From Escherichia phage UE-S1, in the sequence record ON568341.1: a stretch of 64,000 bases of DNA, one strand, 5' to 3'. The notes below the pieces were generated by a model. The model ran no database searches. It saw nothing but the letters and a program-made list of their open reading frames with translations, and was not told the DNA's origin. The number at the start of each line of letters is the position of its first letter. Position 1 is the first letter of the stretch. This document shows positions 51,387 to 60,371 of the stretch, piece after piece. The position numbers were made by a program, and so were the translations under genes.

Positions 51387-52046
51387 ATGAAACTTAATGC
51401 ACACAGCAAACAATACCTTAAGCACTTTAAGTACCTCAACAGTATTCAAGCAGAATCTTTTACACCAGCATATACGTATCACCCTAATGTACTAAAGAAA
51501 CGAAATAAAAAGAAAAAATCCAGAAATGTTCTCGTATCTAAGAACCTCAAATCGTACTTGAAGAAAAATAATATAGCTCTTGCTTTTATTAATATCTATA
51601 ATACTGATTTAAAAGTATTGAGTACTAATACCAGCACAAAAGCACTAAAGAATGCATCTATCTATATACACATGGATAATATCCCGTGCACTATAATTCT
51701 ATCTTCCGGGAATGTATACTTCTTCGGGAATTGTAATAGCACCCATGATATCAGTACTGCACAATTCCAAATCGGAGATATGTACTGCATGGGTTCAGAA
51801 AAAATACACGATAATATGCACTTCTTCCAAAAGCAACGTACTAACGAAACTGATACAGTACTGCAATTCCTCAAAGAACTAGAACACAAAGAATTATCCG
51901 AGGAAGAAGAATTCATGTACAGTACTGTAATCGATAATCCAGGACTCTATAAAAACGCGTACAAACTAACAAAACATGTACAGGAACTTATCAGTACTGA
52001 TAAGAAAATTCATCACCTCATTACGTATATTTCAAACTATGTATAA
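51387..52046 (+). CDS. hypothetical protein (219 aa) within family C array
   Basis: Track ORF; basic N-terminal region. Confidence 0.5.
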   Translation: MKLNAHSKQYLKHFKYLNSIQAESFTPAYTYHPNVLKKRNKKKKSRNVLVSKNLKSYLKKNNIALAFINIYNTDLKVLSTNTSTKALKNASIYIHMDNIPCTIILSSGNVYFFGNCNSTHDISTAQFQIGDMYCMGSEKIHDNMHFFQKQRTNETDTVLQFLKELEHKELSEEEEFMYSTVIDNPGLYKNAYKLTKHVQELISTDKKIHHLITYISNYV

Positions 52047-52221
52047 AGAATACTACATAGAGAAACTCCCAATGCATCTACAACACCATATACCAAACGT
52101 TGCATTGGGCATAACCGAGCACGCAAAGATAATGTTCCAACAATGTACTAAGTACACGCTCATATACGATGATAATCCATATATGCTGTACTACGTAGTA
52201 ATGCTAACATTCAGGTACTAA
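52039..52221 (+). CDS. small protein, family C
   Basis: Track ORF trimmed; MYKEYYIEKLPMHL ... TFRY; ATGTATAA overlap. Confidence 0.55.
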   Translation: MYKEYYIEKLPMHLQHHIPNVALGITEHAKIMFQQCTKYTLIYDDNPYMLYYVVMLTFRY

Positions 52222-52222
52222 T

Positions 52223-52402
52223 ATGAATACTTATAAAGAATTCTACCTCTCGTACCTTAATTCCGATATAGTAACATCCAATACATTCAGTACTAAAATT
52301 ATCTATAATGAAGTAATGAAAGAATGTATTAAAGGTGCTATTAACCCTAAAGATACGTATGACTTGTACTATGCAGTACTAACCCTTGTTTTCACGAAAT
52401 AA
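52223..52402 (+). CDS. small protein, family C (59 aa, below track cut-off)
   Basis: TACTAATATGAATA junction; MNTYKEFYLSYL. Confidence 0.5.
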   Translation: MNTYKEFYLSYLNSDIVTSNTFSTKIIYNEVMKECIKGAINPKDTYDLYYAVLTLVFTK

Positions 52403-52410
52403 CACATAAT

Positions 52411-52602
52411 ATGAATAACCACAAAGAATACTACATAGAGAAACTCCCAATGTATCTCCAACACCTTCTACCAACAGAACCATTGCGTATAGAAAAAAAC
52501 TACGAAAAAGACTACTTCATTCAGTGCACTAAATCCTCGATATATATTGAAGACTATAATCGAGTACTGTATCACATCCTTTTACTAATATATAAGTACT
52601 AA
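52411..52602 (+). CDS. small protein, family C
   Basis: MNNHKEYYIEKLPMYL ... LLLIYKY. Confidence 0.55.
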   Translation: MNNHKEYYIEKLPMYLQHLLPTEPLRIEKNYEKDYFIQCTKSSIYIEDYNRVLYHILLLIYKY

Positions 52603-52603
52603 T

Positions 52604-52792
52604 ATGAATAACCACAAAGAATACTACACACAATTTCTCCCCAGCATTTTGGAACAATACGCCAGATATAAAGTCCCCCTCGATAACGATTTGGCAGTAC
52701 TGGGATTCAATAACTGCATAGAACGAAGTATAGAAAATAGTAATAGCTATGAACAATTATATAACACTATCCTACTTATATTCAGGTACTAA
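52604..52792 (+). CDS. small protein, family C
   Basis: MNNHKEYYTQFLP ... LLIFRY; TAATATG coupling. Confidence 0.55.
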   Translation: MNNHKEYYTQFLPSILEQYARYKVPLDNDLAVLGFNNCIERSIENSNSYEQLYNTILLIFRY

Positions 52793-52793
52793 T

Positions 52794-52982
52794 ATGTATA
52801 AAGAATACTACGCAAAATATTTCCCAATGTATCTCAGAACTAATCTATTAGATAAACCTCGCGATATCAATGCACAAAACGATAAAGTGTACTTTATTAT
52901 GTGCACTAAAGCATGTATACTAGATCATGACAGCTACCATCGAGTACTGTATCATACACTGTACCTAGCTTTCGTATACTAA
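52794..52982 (+). CDS. small protein, family C
   Basis: Track ORF trimmed; MYKEYYAKYFPMYL ... LAFVY. Confidence 0.55.
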   Translation: MYKEYYAKYFPMYLRTNLLDKPRDINAQNDKVYFIMCTKACILDHDSYHRVLYHTLYLAFVY

Positions 52983-52983
52983 A

Positions 52984-53042
52984 ATGTACTCCGGTTTAAT
53001 AGGACTAATATTCTTCTATGAATAATCATAAAGATTTCTACA
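52984..53042 (+). repeat. 59-bp near-identical direct repeat of 50728-50786 (gene-junction duplication)
   Basis: ATGTACTC(A/C)GGTTTAATAGGACTAATATTCTTCTATGAATAATCATAAAGATTTCTA present twice. Confidence 0.8.
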
Positions 53043-53197
53043 TAAGCCATCTGGATATAAACTCCCAAATGCTTATACTACTAAACACAATAGATTTCAA
53101 GGATAAGAAAAAGATCCAACAATTCATTGACCATACGGACCGTGCTGTGAACCAAAATTATATGTACTACATTCTCGCCCTAATATACAGGTACTAA
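53018..53197 (+). CDS. small protein, family C (59 aa, below track cut-off)
   Basis: MNNHKDFYISHL ... LALIYRY; preceded by duplicated junction. Confidence 0.5.
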   Translation: MNNHKDFYISHLDINSQMLILLNTIDFKDKKKIQQFIDHTDRAVNQNYMYYILALIYRY

Positions 53198-53198
53198 T

Positions 53199-53384
53199 AT
53201 GCATAGAGAATACTATATACAATTTGTTAAAGAAAACTACAAACACGCCGTCCCCGTAAACCCTTTAAATTCTAATGACCCAAGTACTATATTCTTGTTC
53301 CATGACGCAATACGTACAGTACTCAATACTAAAGATGAACAAGTGCAGTACGTATTCTTACTTTTACTTATATACAGACACTAA
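53199..53384 (+). CDS. small protein, family C
   Basis: MHREYYIQFV ... LLLIYRH. Confidence 0.55.
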   Translation: MHREYYIQFVKENYKHAVPVNPLNSNDPSTIFLFHDAIRTVLNTKDEQVQYVFLLLLIYRH

Positions 53385-53397
53385 AGCACTAACTAAT

Positions 53398-53598
53398 ATG
53401 AATAAAGAATATAAAGACTTCTATATAAGTAAACTAAAAGAAAATGAACAAGCATGGATTCAACCACTAATAATACTTCCATTTAATAGATATTCATTGA
53501 ACCGATGTACCGAGATTGCTATAGACCCTTGTCCTATTAAAGAGAATGTACAATACAATCAGTACTACTATATCTTAATGCTTATATATAGGAAGTAA
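53398..53598 (+). CDS. small protein, family C
   Basis: Track ORF trimmed; MNKEYKDFYISKL ... LMLIYRK. Confidence 0.55.
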   Translation: MNKEYKDFYISKLKENEQAWIQPLIILPFNRYSLNRCTEIAIDPCPIKENVQYNQYYYILMLIYRK

Positions 53599-54285
53599 TT
53601 AAACACATATAGACAGGGGAAGCTCCGTAGTGGAAGCATTATACAGGCTTTAACATATGTTGCATATGTTAAAATTCAGCCTGGACAAATGCGATCACTA
53701 GGATTCTCCCCAGGCTAAACCCCGTAACTCTACAGAGAAGCCAATAGCTTCTCTTTGTCATAGGTAGTCATAAGTAATCATATATAAACATTTAAGTAAT
53801 CATTCATACGCACGGTAGTGATTAGTATTGAGTACTAGAGTACAGGAATGTTCACGTTTAATCAAGAACGTAGCAGTACTGCCCCAAAAGTATTCAGTAC
53901 TGAAGGTGTCGATATCCCACTAAGTAGGCAGAGGAAGTCTGCCGTACTTTGTAGTTTCCAAGCTCCTTTTCCATTTTTCAAATTACATCAAATGTATTCA
54001 AAAGTAATCACGTAATGATTAGTACTGAATTATTACTTTCACCTTAATTCCAAATACTCTTTTACCCTTCGGGGAAAATCCCATTACCCCTTGAGGCTCC
54101 AGCAAAAAGTTGGAAAGTACTCCATCGTAAATCTGGATCGTAAAAATTTTGGAGTACCTATGAAATAAAAGTTGGATCTTCGAAAGTTGAAATTTACGTT
54201 GGGACATATAGGATTGATGGGATATAATGAGTTTTGTAGAGATACAGATTATACGATTTCAGTACTGAATAATGAAAGAAAGCTA

Positions 54286-54313
54286 TTGACTTTATGATTC
54301 AGTACTGTATAAT
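54286..54313 (+). promoter_or_regulatory. sigma-70-type promoter (TTGACT-16-TATAAT) with no downstream ORF
   Basis: TTGACTTTATGATTCAGTACTGTATAAT inside ORF-free region. Confidence 0.5.
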
Positions 54314-54689
54314 GTTCTATATAGAGAGATGAGTTGCCGCAAACAATTCATTCACTCTACCTCCTGTCGTGAGACAGTACAGAAAAGATAGTTCCTCCTA
54401 TGGGTGGTACATCTTTTTATAACCTCTTTTTTCGTAATATAAACAGTACTGATATTAACAGAATGGTGTCAGTACTGATTTTAATCTAATACAATACACC
54501 CACCAGCTTGTGCTGGTGGATTATCCACTAACAGTATTCAGTACTACATGATAGTCTTCATCCTCCTAGGGTAACATAGTGAGGGCTATTGTGGGAGTAC
54601 TGAATACTCCTTTCACAAGATAGATCTATGGTATAGTACTGACGGATTTTGGGCGTAGTAAGCCTAGGTTAAATTTAGACGTAGAGATG

Positions 54690-54835
54690 TCTAGACCTCC
54701 AGATGGTTGGAAGTAAAGATGGCTATCCCTCTAGGCGGCTGGATGGCTAGATTTCTAGATGGCTGTACTGCTAGACGTTTGGACGGCTAAACGGCTAGAT
54801 GGTTACACGTCTGGAAGTATAGACGGCTAAATCAA
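54690..54835. repeat. iteron-like cluster of short degenerate direct and inverted repeats
   Basis: Recurring CTAGATGG, GGCTAGAT and AGACGGCTAAA units. Confidence 0.6.
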
Positions 54836-55452
54836 AATTTTTATTCTGTTTTTTCCAATAGTTCCCCTACCGCGTGAGGATGTTTTTCCCCGCAGTATCT
54901 GGTGTTAGATTTTTCTGAATCTGGAATCATTATCTAATAAACTGGGGGCAATGTCAACGGCCTGGATGAATATTTTTAAAAAATAATCTAGTACTAAATT
55001 TTGGGCGTAACTATGCACCCGGTGGGCTTGAGTCTTTCTCGACTTGATGAAATAATTATATCAGTACTGGAAAAATAAAGCAATACCATGGAAGCAAAAA
55101 AGTTTTAATTAATTTGCTTGCTATCCTGGGCCGGACTATGGTACTATATTTCAGTACTGAGAAAGTGCGTTTACCTGCTAGGGTGCGGGAGTGTATCCTT
55201 TTTTTATATCTTGAATTTTGGGCGTAATTCCGCACCCTCTGGGGTTTCCGCTTTCTCGCGTCTATGTAGTAATTATACGCTTTTTTAGTACTGAGTCAAT
55301 AGCCAAAAACAAAATAATTGAAAATAATTTAACGCGTTTAAACGGCCTGTAAAGCCCTGAAATGATTAGAATGGTGCAAATGTATAGCTTAGGTGTATTA
55401 ATGCGTTAGAATGCGTCTGAGGCCGTTTTACGTGGTATAGGGATGATTTAGT

Positions 55453-55548
55453 GGATTGATTCAGTACTGAATAATAGTACTCCTATATAGAAAGATAGTT
55501 CCCCTGGATTGATTCAGTACTGAATAATAGTACTCCTATATAGAAAGA
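55453..55548 (+). repeat. tandem direct repeat (~43-bp unit, 2 copies, period ~53)
   Basis: GGATTGATTCAGTACTGAATAATAGTACTCCTATATAGAAAGA twice. Confidence 0.8.
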
Positions 55549-55579
55549 AAACTATTTTAAAAGTATTTGTAGAAAGTAC

Positions 55580-55607
55580 TTGCACAGTACTGAAAAAAGC
55601 GTATAAT
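55580..55607 (+). promoter_or_regulatory. early-type sigma-70 promoter (TTGCAC-16-TATAAT) followed by 5-prime stem-loop 55624-55636
   Basis: Conserved AGTACTTGCA..GCGTATAATGTTTTACATC module then GGGAA-CAC-TTCCC. Confidence 0.6.
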
Positions 55608-55661
55608 GTTTTACATCGAGAGCGGGAACACTTCCCTACTCACTTTTAAGAGATTAAAACG

Positions 55662-56024
55662 ATGGCGACTCAAATCACTAAAATCATTGCTAACCTGGTT
55701 AACTTCCGCGACGATATGAAAGATCTTCCGGCGGCAACGGTTAAAACTCACATTGACGCATACCGCGAACTGATTAAAATGTTGCCGCTTAAGCGTGAAC
55801 AATACGCCGCTAAACTGATGCTTGATGCGATGATCCATAAGATGATCGCCAGTGATTTGACGATGGTTTATCAGTATATGGGCGAAAATTTCGCGGTGTA
55901 TAGTAAACCAGTACCAGGAATGGAAAGTACAGAAGTATTACACGGTTTAAATTTAAAACAAGATGCATGGGATAATATGCCTCGTTTCCTGGTATGGGCT
56001 GACAGTGGCAAAATTTACGAATAA
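55662..56024 (+). CDS. hypothetical protein (120 aa)
   Basis: Track ORF; own promoter and 5-prime hairpin. Confidence 0.6.
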   Translation: MATQITKIIANLVNFRDDMKDLPAATVKTHIDAYRELIKMLPLKREQYAAKLMLDAMIHKMIASDLTMVYQYMGENFAVYSKPVPGMESTEVLHGLNLKQDAWDNMPRFLVWADSGKIYE

Positions 56025-56037
56025 GTTAAAAATTAGT

Positions 56038-56065
56038 TTGACAGTACTGAATAAAAGCGTATAAT
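56038..56065 (+). promoter_or_regulatory. early-type promoter (TTGACA-16-TATAAT) followed by stem-loop 56078-56096
   Basis: TTGACAGTACTGAATAAAAGCGTATAAT then GTGGGGAA-TAG-TTCCCCAC. Confidence 0.6.
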
Positions 56066-56116
56066 GTTTTACATCAGGTGGGGAATAGTTCCCCACTATA
56101 TAAGAGGATTAAAAAA

Positions 56117-56356
56117 ATGGCTAAATCAAAAATGTTCTTAGGTCACAAAAACAAAACTCATTGGAATGTAAGCCTGTGGATTAATAACGATGAGGGATTG
56201 TATCGGTTGGCCCTGGACTTTATTGCCGCCCATACTAATCGCAATGATGCGGCCCGTCATATGATGTTATTTTTAGAACAGACTGGACAAGATAAAACAC
56301 CGGACGGATTCAAATATAGCACTACTGCGATCCGTGCGGCGATGGTTGGAATGTAA
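56117..56356 (+). CDS. hypothetical protein, paralogue of 58157-58396
   Basis: Track ORF trimmed to ATG after AGAGGA; conserved GHKNKTHWNVSLWINN and PDGFKYSTTAIRAAMVGM. Confidence 0.55.
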   Translation: MAKSKMFLGHKNKTHWNVSLWINNDEGLYRLALDFIAAHTNRNDAARHMMLFLEQTGQDKTPDGFKYSTTAIRAAMVGM

Positions 56357-56442
56357 TAGAATTTATTTAAAGTACTATCATTTTTTTGCGATAGTACTTT
56401 ATAATAGTGTTTTATTCATACACCAACGATAAGGGCAACAGC

Positions 56443-56709
56443 ATGAATATTAAGTATTTTGCGACGCGTGAACAAGCTCGGATCGCCGCACGCCAGGACG
56501 GGGCAACGTTTAAAGATATGGGCGTACAATCGGAACGTGGTAAACGTTGGGCCATTGTAAAGCGTAGTACCGCCAGATCATTACAGTACTGGTTAGCGGC
56601 CTTAAAAAGTCCCGATAGTGTATCGCGTCGAGTGGTAGAAATAAAGCTCGACCGAAAGGGCAACCGCGTGACTGTGTACCGTACTAAAAAGATTGCAGTA
56701 CTTGAATAA
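56443..56709 (+). CDS. hypothetical protein
   Basis: Track ORF trimmed to ATG at MNIKYFATRE. Confidence 0.45.
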   Translation: MNIKYFATREQARIAARQDGATFKDMGVQSERGKRWAIVKRSTARSLQYWLAALKSPDSVSRRVVEIKLDRKGNRVTVYRTKKIAVLE

Positions 56710-56716
56710 AAAGTAC

Positions 56717-56744
56717 TTGCAAACTATGTTTAAAGGCGTATAAT
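56717..56744 (+). promoter_or_regulatory. early-type promoter (TTGCAA-16-TATAAT) followed by stem-loop 56759-56775
   Basis: TTGCAAACTATGTTTAAAGGCGTATAAT then GCGGGAA-CTC-TTCCCGC. Confidence 0.6.
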
Positions 56745-56796
56745 GTTTTACATCGAGAGCGGGAACTCTTCCCGCCTATAACCTGGAGTAATAAAA

Positions 56797-57027
56797 ATGA
56801 CTAATATGTATATGACTGAAGTTAAAACCGTAAAAGATACTACCACGAATAAAACTACTTACTTACAGCGGATCTGTGGTGTATGGCAACGTATCAGCAA
56901 ATCAAAGTACTTTAAATTAACATCATATGCAAACCGTTCGGATTCATTCAGTACTGAAATAAAAGGTAATAAAGTACACCAATACGGCACTTATTATTAT
57001 TACAGCCTGGACGCGATTGCAGTATAA
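56797..57027 (+). CDS. hypothetical protein (76 aa)
   Basis: Track ORF after promoter, hairpin and GGAG RBS. Confidence 0.55.
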   Translation: MTNMYMTEVKTVKDTTTNKTTYLQRICGVWQRISKSKYFKLTSYANRSDSFSTEIKGNKVHQYGTYYYYSLDAIAV

Positions 57028-57278
57028 TCATATTTTTTGAAAAATTTACAATTGCCGGTATTGACTTATTTTGTCAGTACTGGCATAATGTATTCATTGG
57101 CAGATAAGCCGTAGCCCATAGGGTGCGGGAGTGTATCTATAGAAAAATTAGTTTAGTATAGTTACAATTGTGCACCCGGTGGGTTAGCTGTTGTCATGGG
57201 GTATATTATGCCAGTACTTGATAATGCTGTCAATACTTTTTTTACTATTCAGTACTGAAAACTATTTTTAAAAAGTAC

Positions 57279-57306
57279 TTGCTAACTATGTTTAAAGGCG
57301 TATAAT
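57279..57306 (+). promoter_or_regulatory. early-type promoter (TTGCTA-16-TATAAT) with stem-loop but no ORF
   Basis: Promoter and ACGGGG..CCCCGT hairpin with no ATG before the next promoter. Confidence 0.5.
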
Positions 57307-57394
57307 GTTTTACATCAGGACGGGGAACGAAATAAGTAACCCCGTTAAGTAGTCCAGGAGTAAGACATACGAAAAACTCCCCTGATAAAATAGT

Positions 57395-57422
57395 TTGACA
57401 AATGTTTTTAAAAGCGTATAAT
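57395..57422 (+). promoter_or_regulatory. early-type promoter (TTGACA-16-TATAAT)
   Basis: TTGACAAATGTTTTTAAAAGCGTATAAT upstream of 57455 gene. Confidence 0.6.
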
Positions 57423-57454
57423 ACTTACATCAACTACTGAATGAGGGTTACAAA

Positions 57455-58066
57455 ATGAAAACTATCACTACTACTACTTTTGTTATGGCTTTTTCTGAAC
57501 TGAACGCAGAACAAAAAACGGCGGCTATCGAACTGGTTCGGGATCGTGAGCGTTCATGTGAGGATAATTTCTTTGCTGAGGGCGTTATCGAGTACTATAA
57601 AGAAACAGTACTACCAGAATACGGCATAGATGAAGCTGAATTGCAATACAGTGGTTTTTGGTCGCAAGGTGACGGTGCATCAATCAGTACTGACAGCGTG
57701 GACGCGGAGAAGTTTTTACGCAAGATTAAAGCGTTAACGAAATATCGTTCTATCCGTCACTTGTTGAATGAAGATGATTTGGCAATGAGTGTAGAACGTT
57801 CACACTCTCGCTACGCACACGAAAACACGGTAAGCGGTTGCGTTGATACTCGCTACACTGATTTAACTGTAAAACAAGCGGCACTTGCTGATGACCTGGA
57901 AAACTTACTGACTGATGCGATCCGTGAATTATCTCGTAAGTTGTACCGTGATTTAGAGAATGCATATGAGGATCAATTCACTACTGAAAACATTACTGCA
58001 CTGATTGAGGGTAACGAATATCAATTCAATGTTATTGATGGCGTAGTGGAATCAATCGAATATTAA
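57455..58066 (+). CDS. acidic hypothetical protein (203 aa)
   Basis: Track ORF with GAGGG RBS; D/E-rich. Confidence 0.6.
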   Translation: MKTITTTTFVMAFSELNAEQKTAAIELVRDRERSCEDNFFAEGVIEYYKETVLPEYGIDEAELQYSGFWSQGDGASISTDSVDAEKFLRKIKALTKYRSIRHLLNEDDLAMSVERSHSRYAHENTVSGCVDTRYTDLTVKQAALADDLENLLTDAIRELSRKLYRDLENAYEDQFTTENITALIEGNEYQFNVIDGVVESIEY

Positions 58067-58156
58067 TTCAAAAAGTACTTGTAAACTAAGTTTAAAAGCG
58101 TATAATACTTTACATCAAGGCGGGGAGTGGTTCCCCGCTCAAACGAGGATTTAAAA

Positions 58157-58396
58157 ATGGCTAGTACTAAAACTTACAACGGACACAAAAACAAAACTCA
58201 TTGGAATGTAAGCCTTTGGATTAATAACGGTGAGTCATTGTATCGGCTTGCACAAAGTTGCATCGCACAAAGTAGAACTAAAGATATTGCTGCGGAATGT
58301 ATGTACCGCAGATTAAAAGCCAACGGTACTACTACAACACCGGACGGATTCAAATATAGCACTACTGCGATCCGTGCTGCAATGGTTGGAATGTAA
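58157..58396 (+). CDS. hypothetical protein, paralogue of 56117-56356
   Basis: Track ORF trimmed to ATG after GAGGA; conserved N- and C-terminal blocks. Confidence 0.55.
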   Translation: MASTKTYNGHKNKTHWNVSLWINNGESLYRLAQSCIAQSRTKDIAAECMYRRLKANGTTTTPDGFKYSTTAIRAAMVGM

Positions 58397-58453
58397 TATT
58401 CAGTACTGAGATAATGGCGGGTAATAGTTCCCGCCTTTACTGAGGGTTATCTA

Positions 58454-58714
58454 ATGAGTAAAGTAATTAGCTATACAGCACTAAGCAAGACATTATCTAT
58501 TAGCCAGTGCACCGATGGTTATTGGCTATTTGATGAAACGCGTGGCATGAATTTAGCCATGCGTGCAAAAACTGCTGAGGCGGCGTATCTTGAAGCATTG
58601 GAATACTACCAGGAACGTTTAAAGGAAGTAGAAGAAGATTATAAAAGCCTCAAAGCGAAAGTAGATCATTTCGTCGGTCAATTCATCGAGGAAGACGACG
58701 ACAAACAATATTGA
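58454..58714 (+). CDS. hypothetical protein (86 aa)
   Basis: Track ORF after GCGGG..CCCGCC hairpin and GAGGG RBS. Confidence 0.55.
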   Translation: MSKVISYTALSKTLSISQCTDGYWLFDETRGMNLAMRAKTAEAAYLEALEYYQERLKEVEEDYKSLKAKVDHFVGQFIEEDDDKQY

Positions 58715-58800
58715 AAAAGTACTTGCAATTAGTTTTCAGTACTGTATAATGGTTTACATCAAAGGGAGAAATGGTTCTCCCTGGTAATGAGGAAAATAAA

Positions 58801-59022
58801 ATGGCTAATATCACTACTCTTTCCCAACTGGAAGCACTGGTGAAATCTATGCGGGAACATGCCGACAAAATCGGCGTACAAGATCCAGCCGTTTGCTTCT
58901 GCGACGAATTGAATGATGATACACTGGTAATAGCAGAAGTCCAGGACGTTTCTAACTATTCCTCGCGTTACACTGGCGGCGTAGCAAATAAAGGCGACTT
59001 CTGTTTATACCTTACAAAATAA
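58801..59022 (+). CDS. hypothetical protein
   Basis: Track ORF trimmed to ATG after promoter, GGGAGAAATGGTTCTCCC hairpin and GAGGAAAA RBS. Confidence 0.55.
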   Translation: MANITTLSQLEALVKSMREHADKIGVQDPAVCFCDELNDDTLVIAEVQDVSNYSSRYTGGVANKGDFCLYLTK

Positions 59023-59265
59023 CAACGCGGGGAGATAATAACTCCCCGTTACTTTTTCAGTACTGAATCATTTAATAGACGGATCTCGGCACCCGGTGGG
59101 TTAGTGACTGTTTCGTCTTGATGTAGTAATTATGCCAGTACTGGATGCACTTGTCAACAACTATTTTTCAAATACTTTTTATTAAAATACTTGCAATTAG
59201 TTTTTAAACGCGTATAATGTTTTGCATAGGGGGAGCGGTTCCCCTGGTAACTAAGGAATAAGAAA

Positions 59266-59502
59266 ATGCTCGAACAAATCAAATCAACGTCTGCGAATGT
59301 AACGGGAACTGTATCACACTTTACTAGTGATGAATCGCGTGGTGTTCCTTATTGTGCTGTACATGTAAACACTGATGGCAACTACTGGTTTACGGTTTAC
59401 GGATCATATTCATTTGGTCGGCCAGGACATCAAAAAATCCTGGATAAAGTACAGCCAACGGGTAAAAATATCACTGCTGAAATGTTTTATAAAAAATCAT
59501 AA
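59266..59502 (+). CDS. hypothetical protein (78 aa)
   Basis: Promoter, GGGGGAGCGGTTCCCC hairpin, AAGGAA RBS. Confidence 0.55.
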   Translation: MLEQIKSTSANVTGTVSHFTSDESRGVPYCAVHVNTDGNYWFTVYGSYSFGRPGHQKILDKVQPTGKNITAEMFYKKS

Positions 59503-59586
59503 AGTACTTGATAATAGTTTTTAGTACTGTATAATATTTTACATCGCAAGGGGGAGCGGTTCCCCCTGGTAACTAAGGATAATAAA

Positions 59587-59886
59587 ATGAAAATTGCAAT
59601 CATCGCCCTGGCTTTATCTGTTTCCTCTTTCGCTGTTAATGCGTCATTAGATGTAAGTAGTGAAAAATTCATTCAGTGCACTGTTGCAATGACCGATGAA
59701 AGTACTGGCGAGATTGTATTAAAGGATTTAGAGATCCAGCCGGAAGCATTTAAAAACGGCCCGTTCCATGAAGAAGACGAAAACGGTAGCACATCAATTT
59801 ATTATGATGCCAGTACTAAACGCGGTTCGGTCACTGTAATGGATACTGAGAAAGTAACGCATACCGGCGTTATTAATTGCCGTTGA
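59587..59886 (+). CDS. secreted small protein (signal peptide)
   Basis: MKIAIIALALSVSSFAVNA; promoter and hairpin upstream. Confidence 0.6.
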   Translation: MKIAIIALALSVSSFAVNASLDVSSEKFIQCTVAMTDESTGEIVLKDLEIQPEAFKNGPFHEEDENGSTSIYYDASTKRGSVTVMDTEKVTHTGVINCR

Positions 59887-59907
59887 TAGATACTACGGGG
59901 TAACATC

Positions 59908-60138
59908 ATGACTAAGCGAATTGTTTTACTTAACGAAAGCAGTACTACACAACTACTTAACGCCGTGCATTATGATATTGAAACGAGCGTTAATCTTATC
60001 AGTACTGTAGTACTGTTGGACACTGGAAAGGTCGCCAATGATAAAGCGATTGCAGGTATATTAACGGATCTTGAGCCTGGTAGCAGTGCACCAATAACGT
60101 TAAATGGTAAAGTGTTTAATATTTTACTCACTGATTAA
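59908..60138 (+). CDS. hypothetical protein (76 aa)
   Basis: Track ORF followed by terminator. Confidence 0.5.
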   Translation: MTKRIVLLNESSTTQLLNAVHYDIETSVNLISTVVLLDTGKVANDKAIAGILTDLEPGSSAPITLNGKVFNILLTD

Positions 60139-60144
60139 GTACAT

Positions 60145-60166
60145 AGCCCACCTGGTGGGCTTTTTT
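60145..60166 (+). terminator. intrinsic terminator
   Basis: AGCCCAC-CTG-GTGGGCT plus T6. Confidence 0.7.
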
Positions 60167-60371
60167 GTTTTTGTAGTATCGTAGTACTGAGATACTTTGA
60201 AAATAGTTTTAAGAAAGTAGTTGACATTACCGCAGAAAAGCGTAGAATGTATTACATCAAGACGGGGAGCACTAAGTAGACCGCCAGTAAGTCGAACGAA
60301 AAACTGGACACGTCGAGAAAACTTTGATACACTAATAAACGTAAACTAAACTTTAATTGAGGATTTATAAA

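Noticed and set aside
54019-54207. 62-aa minus-strand ORF inside the 2-kb ORF-free region
   Set aside because: Isolated, no RBS, embedded in repeat-rich sequence.
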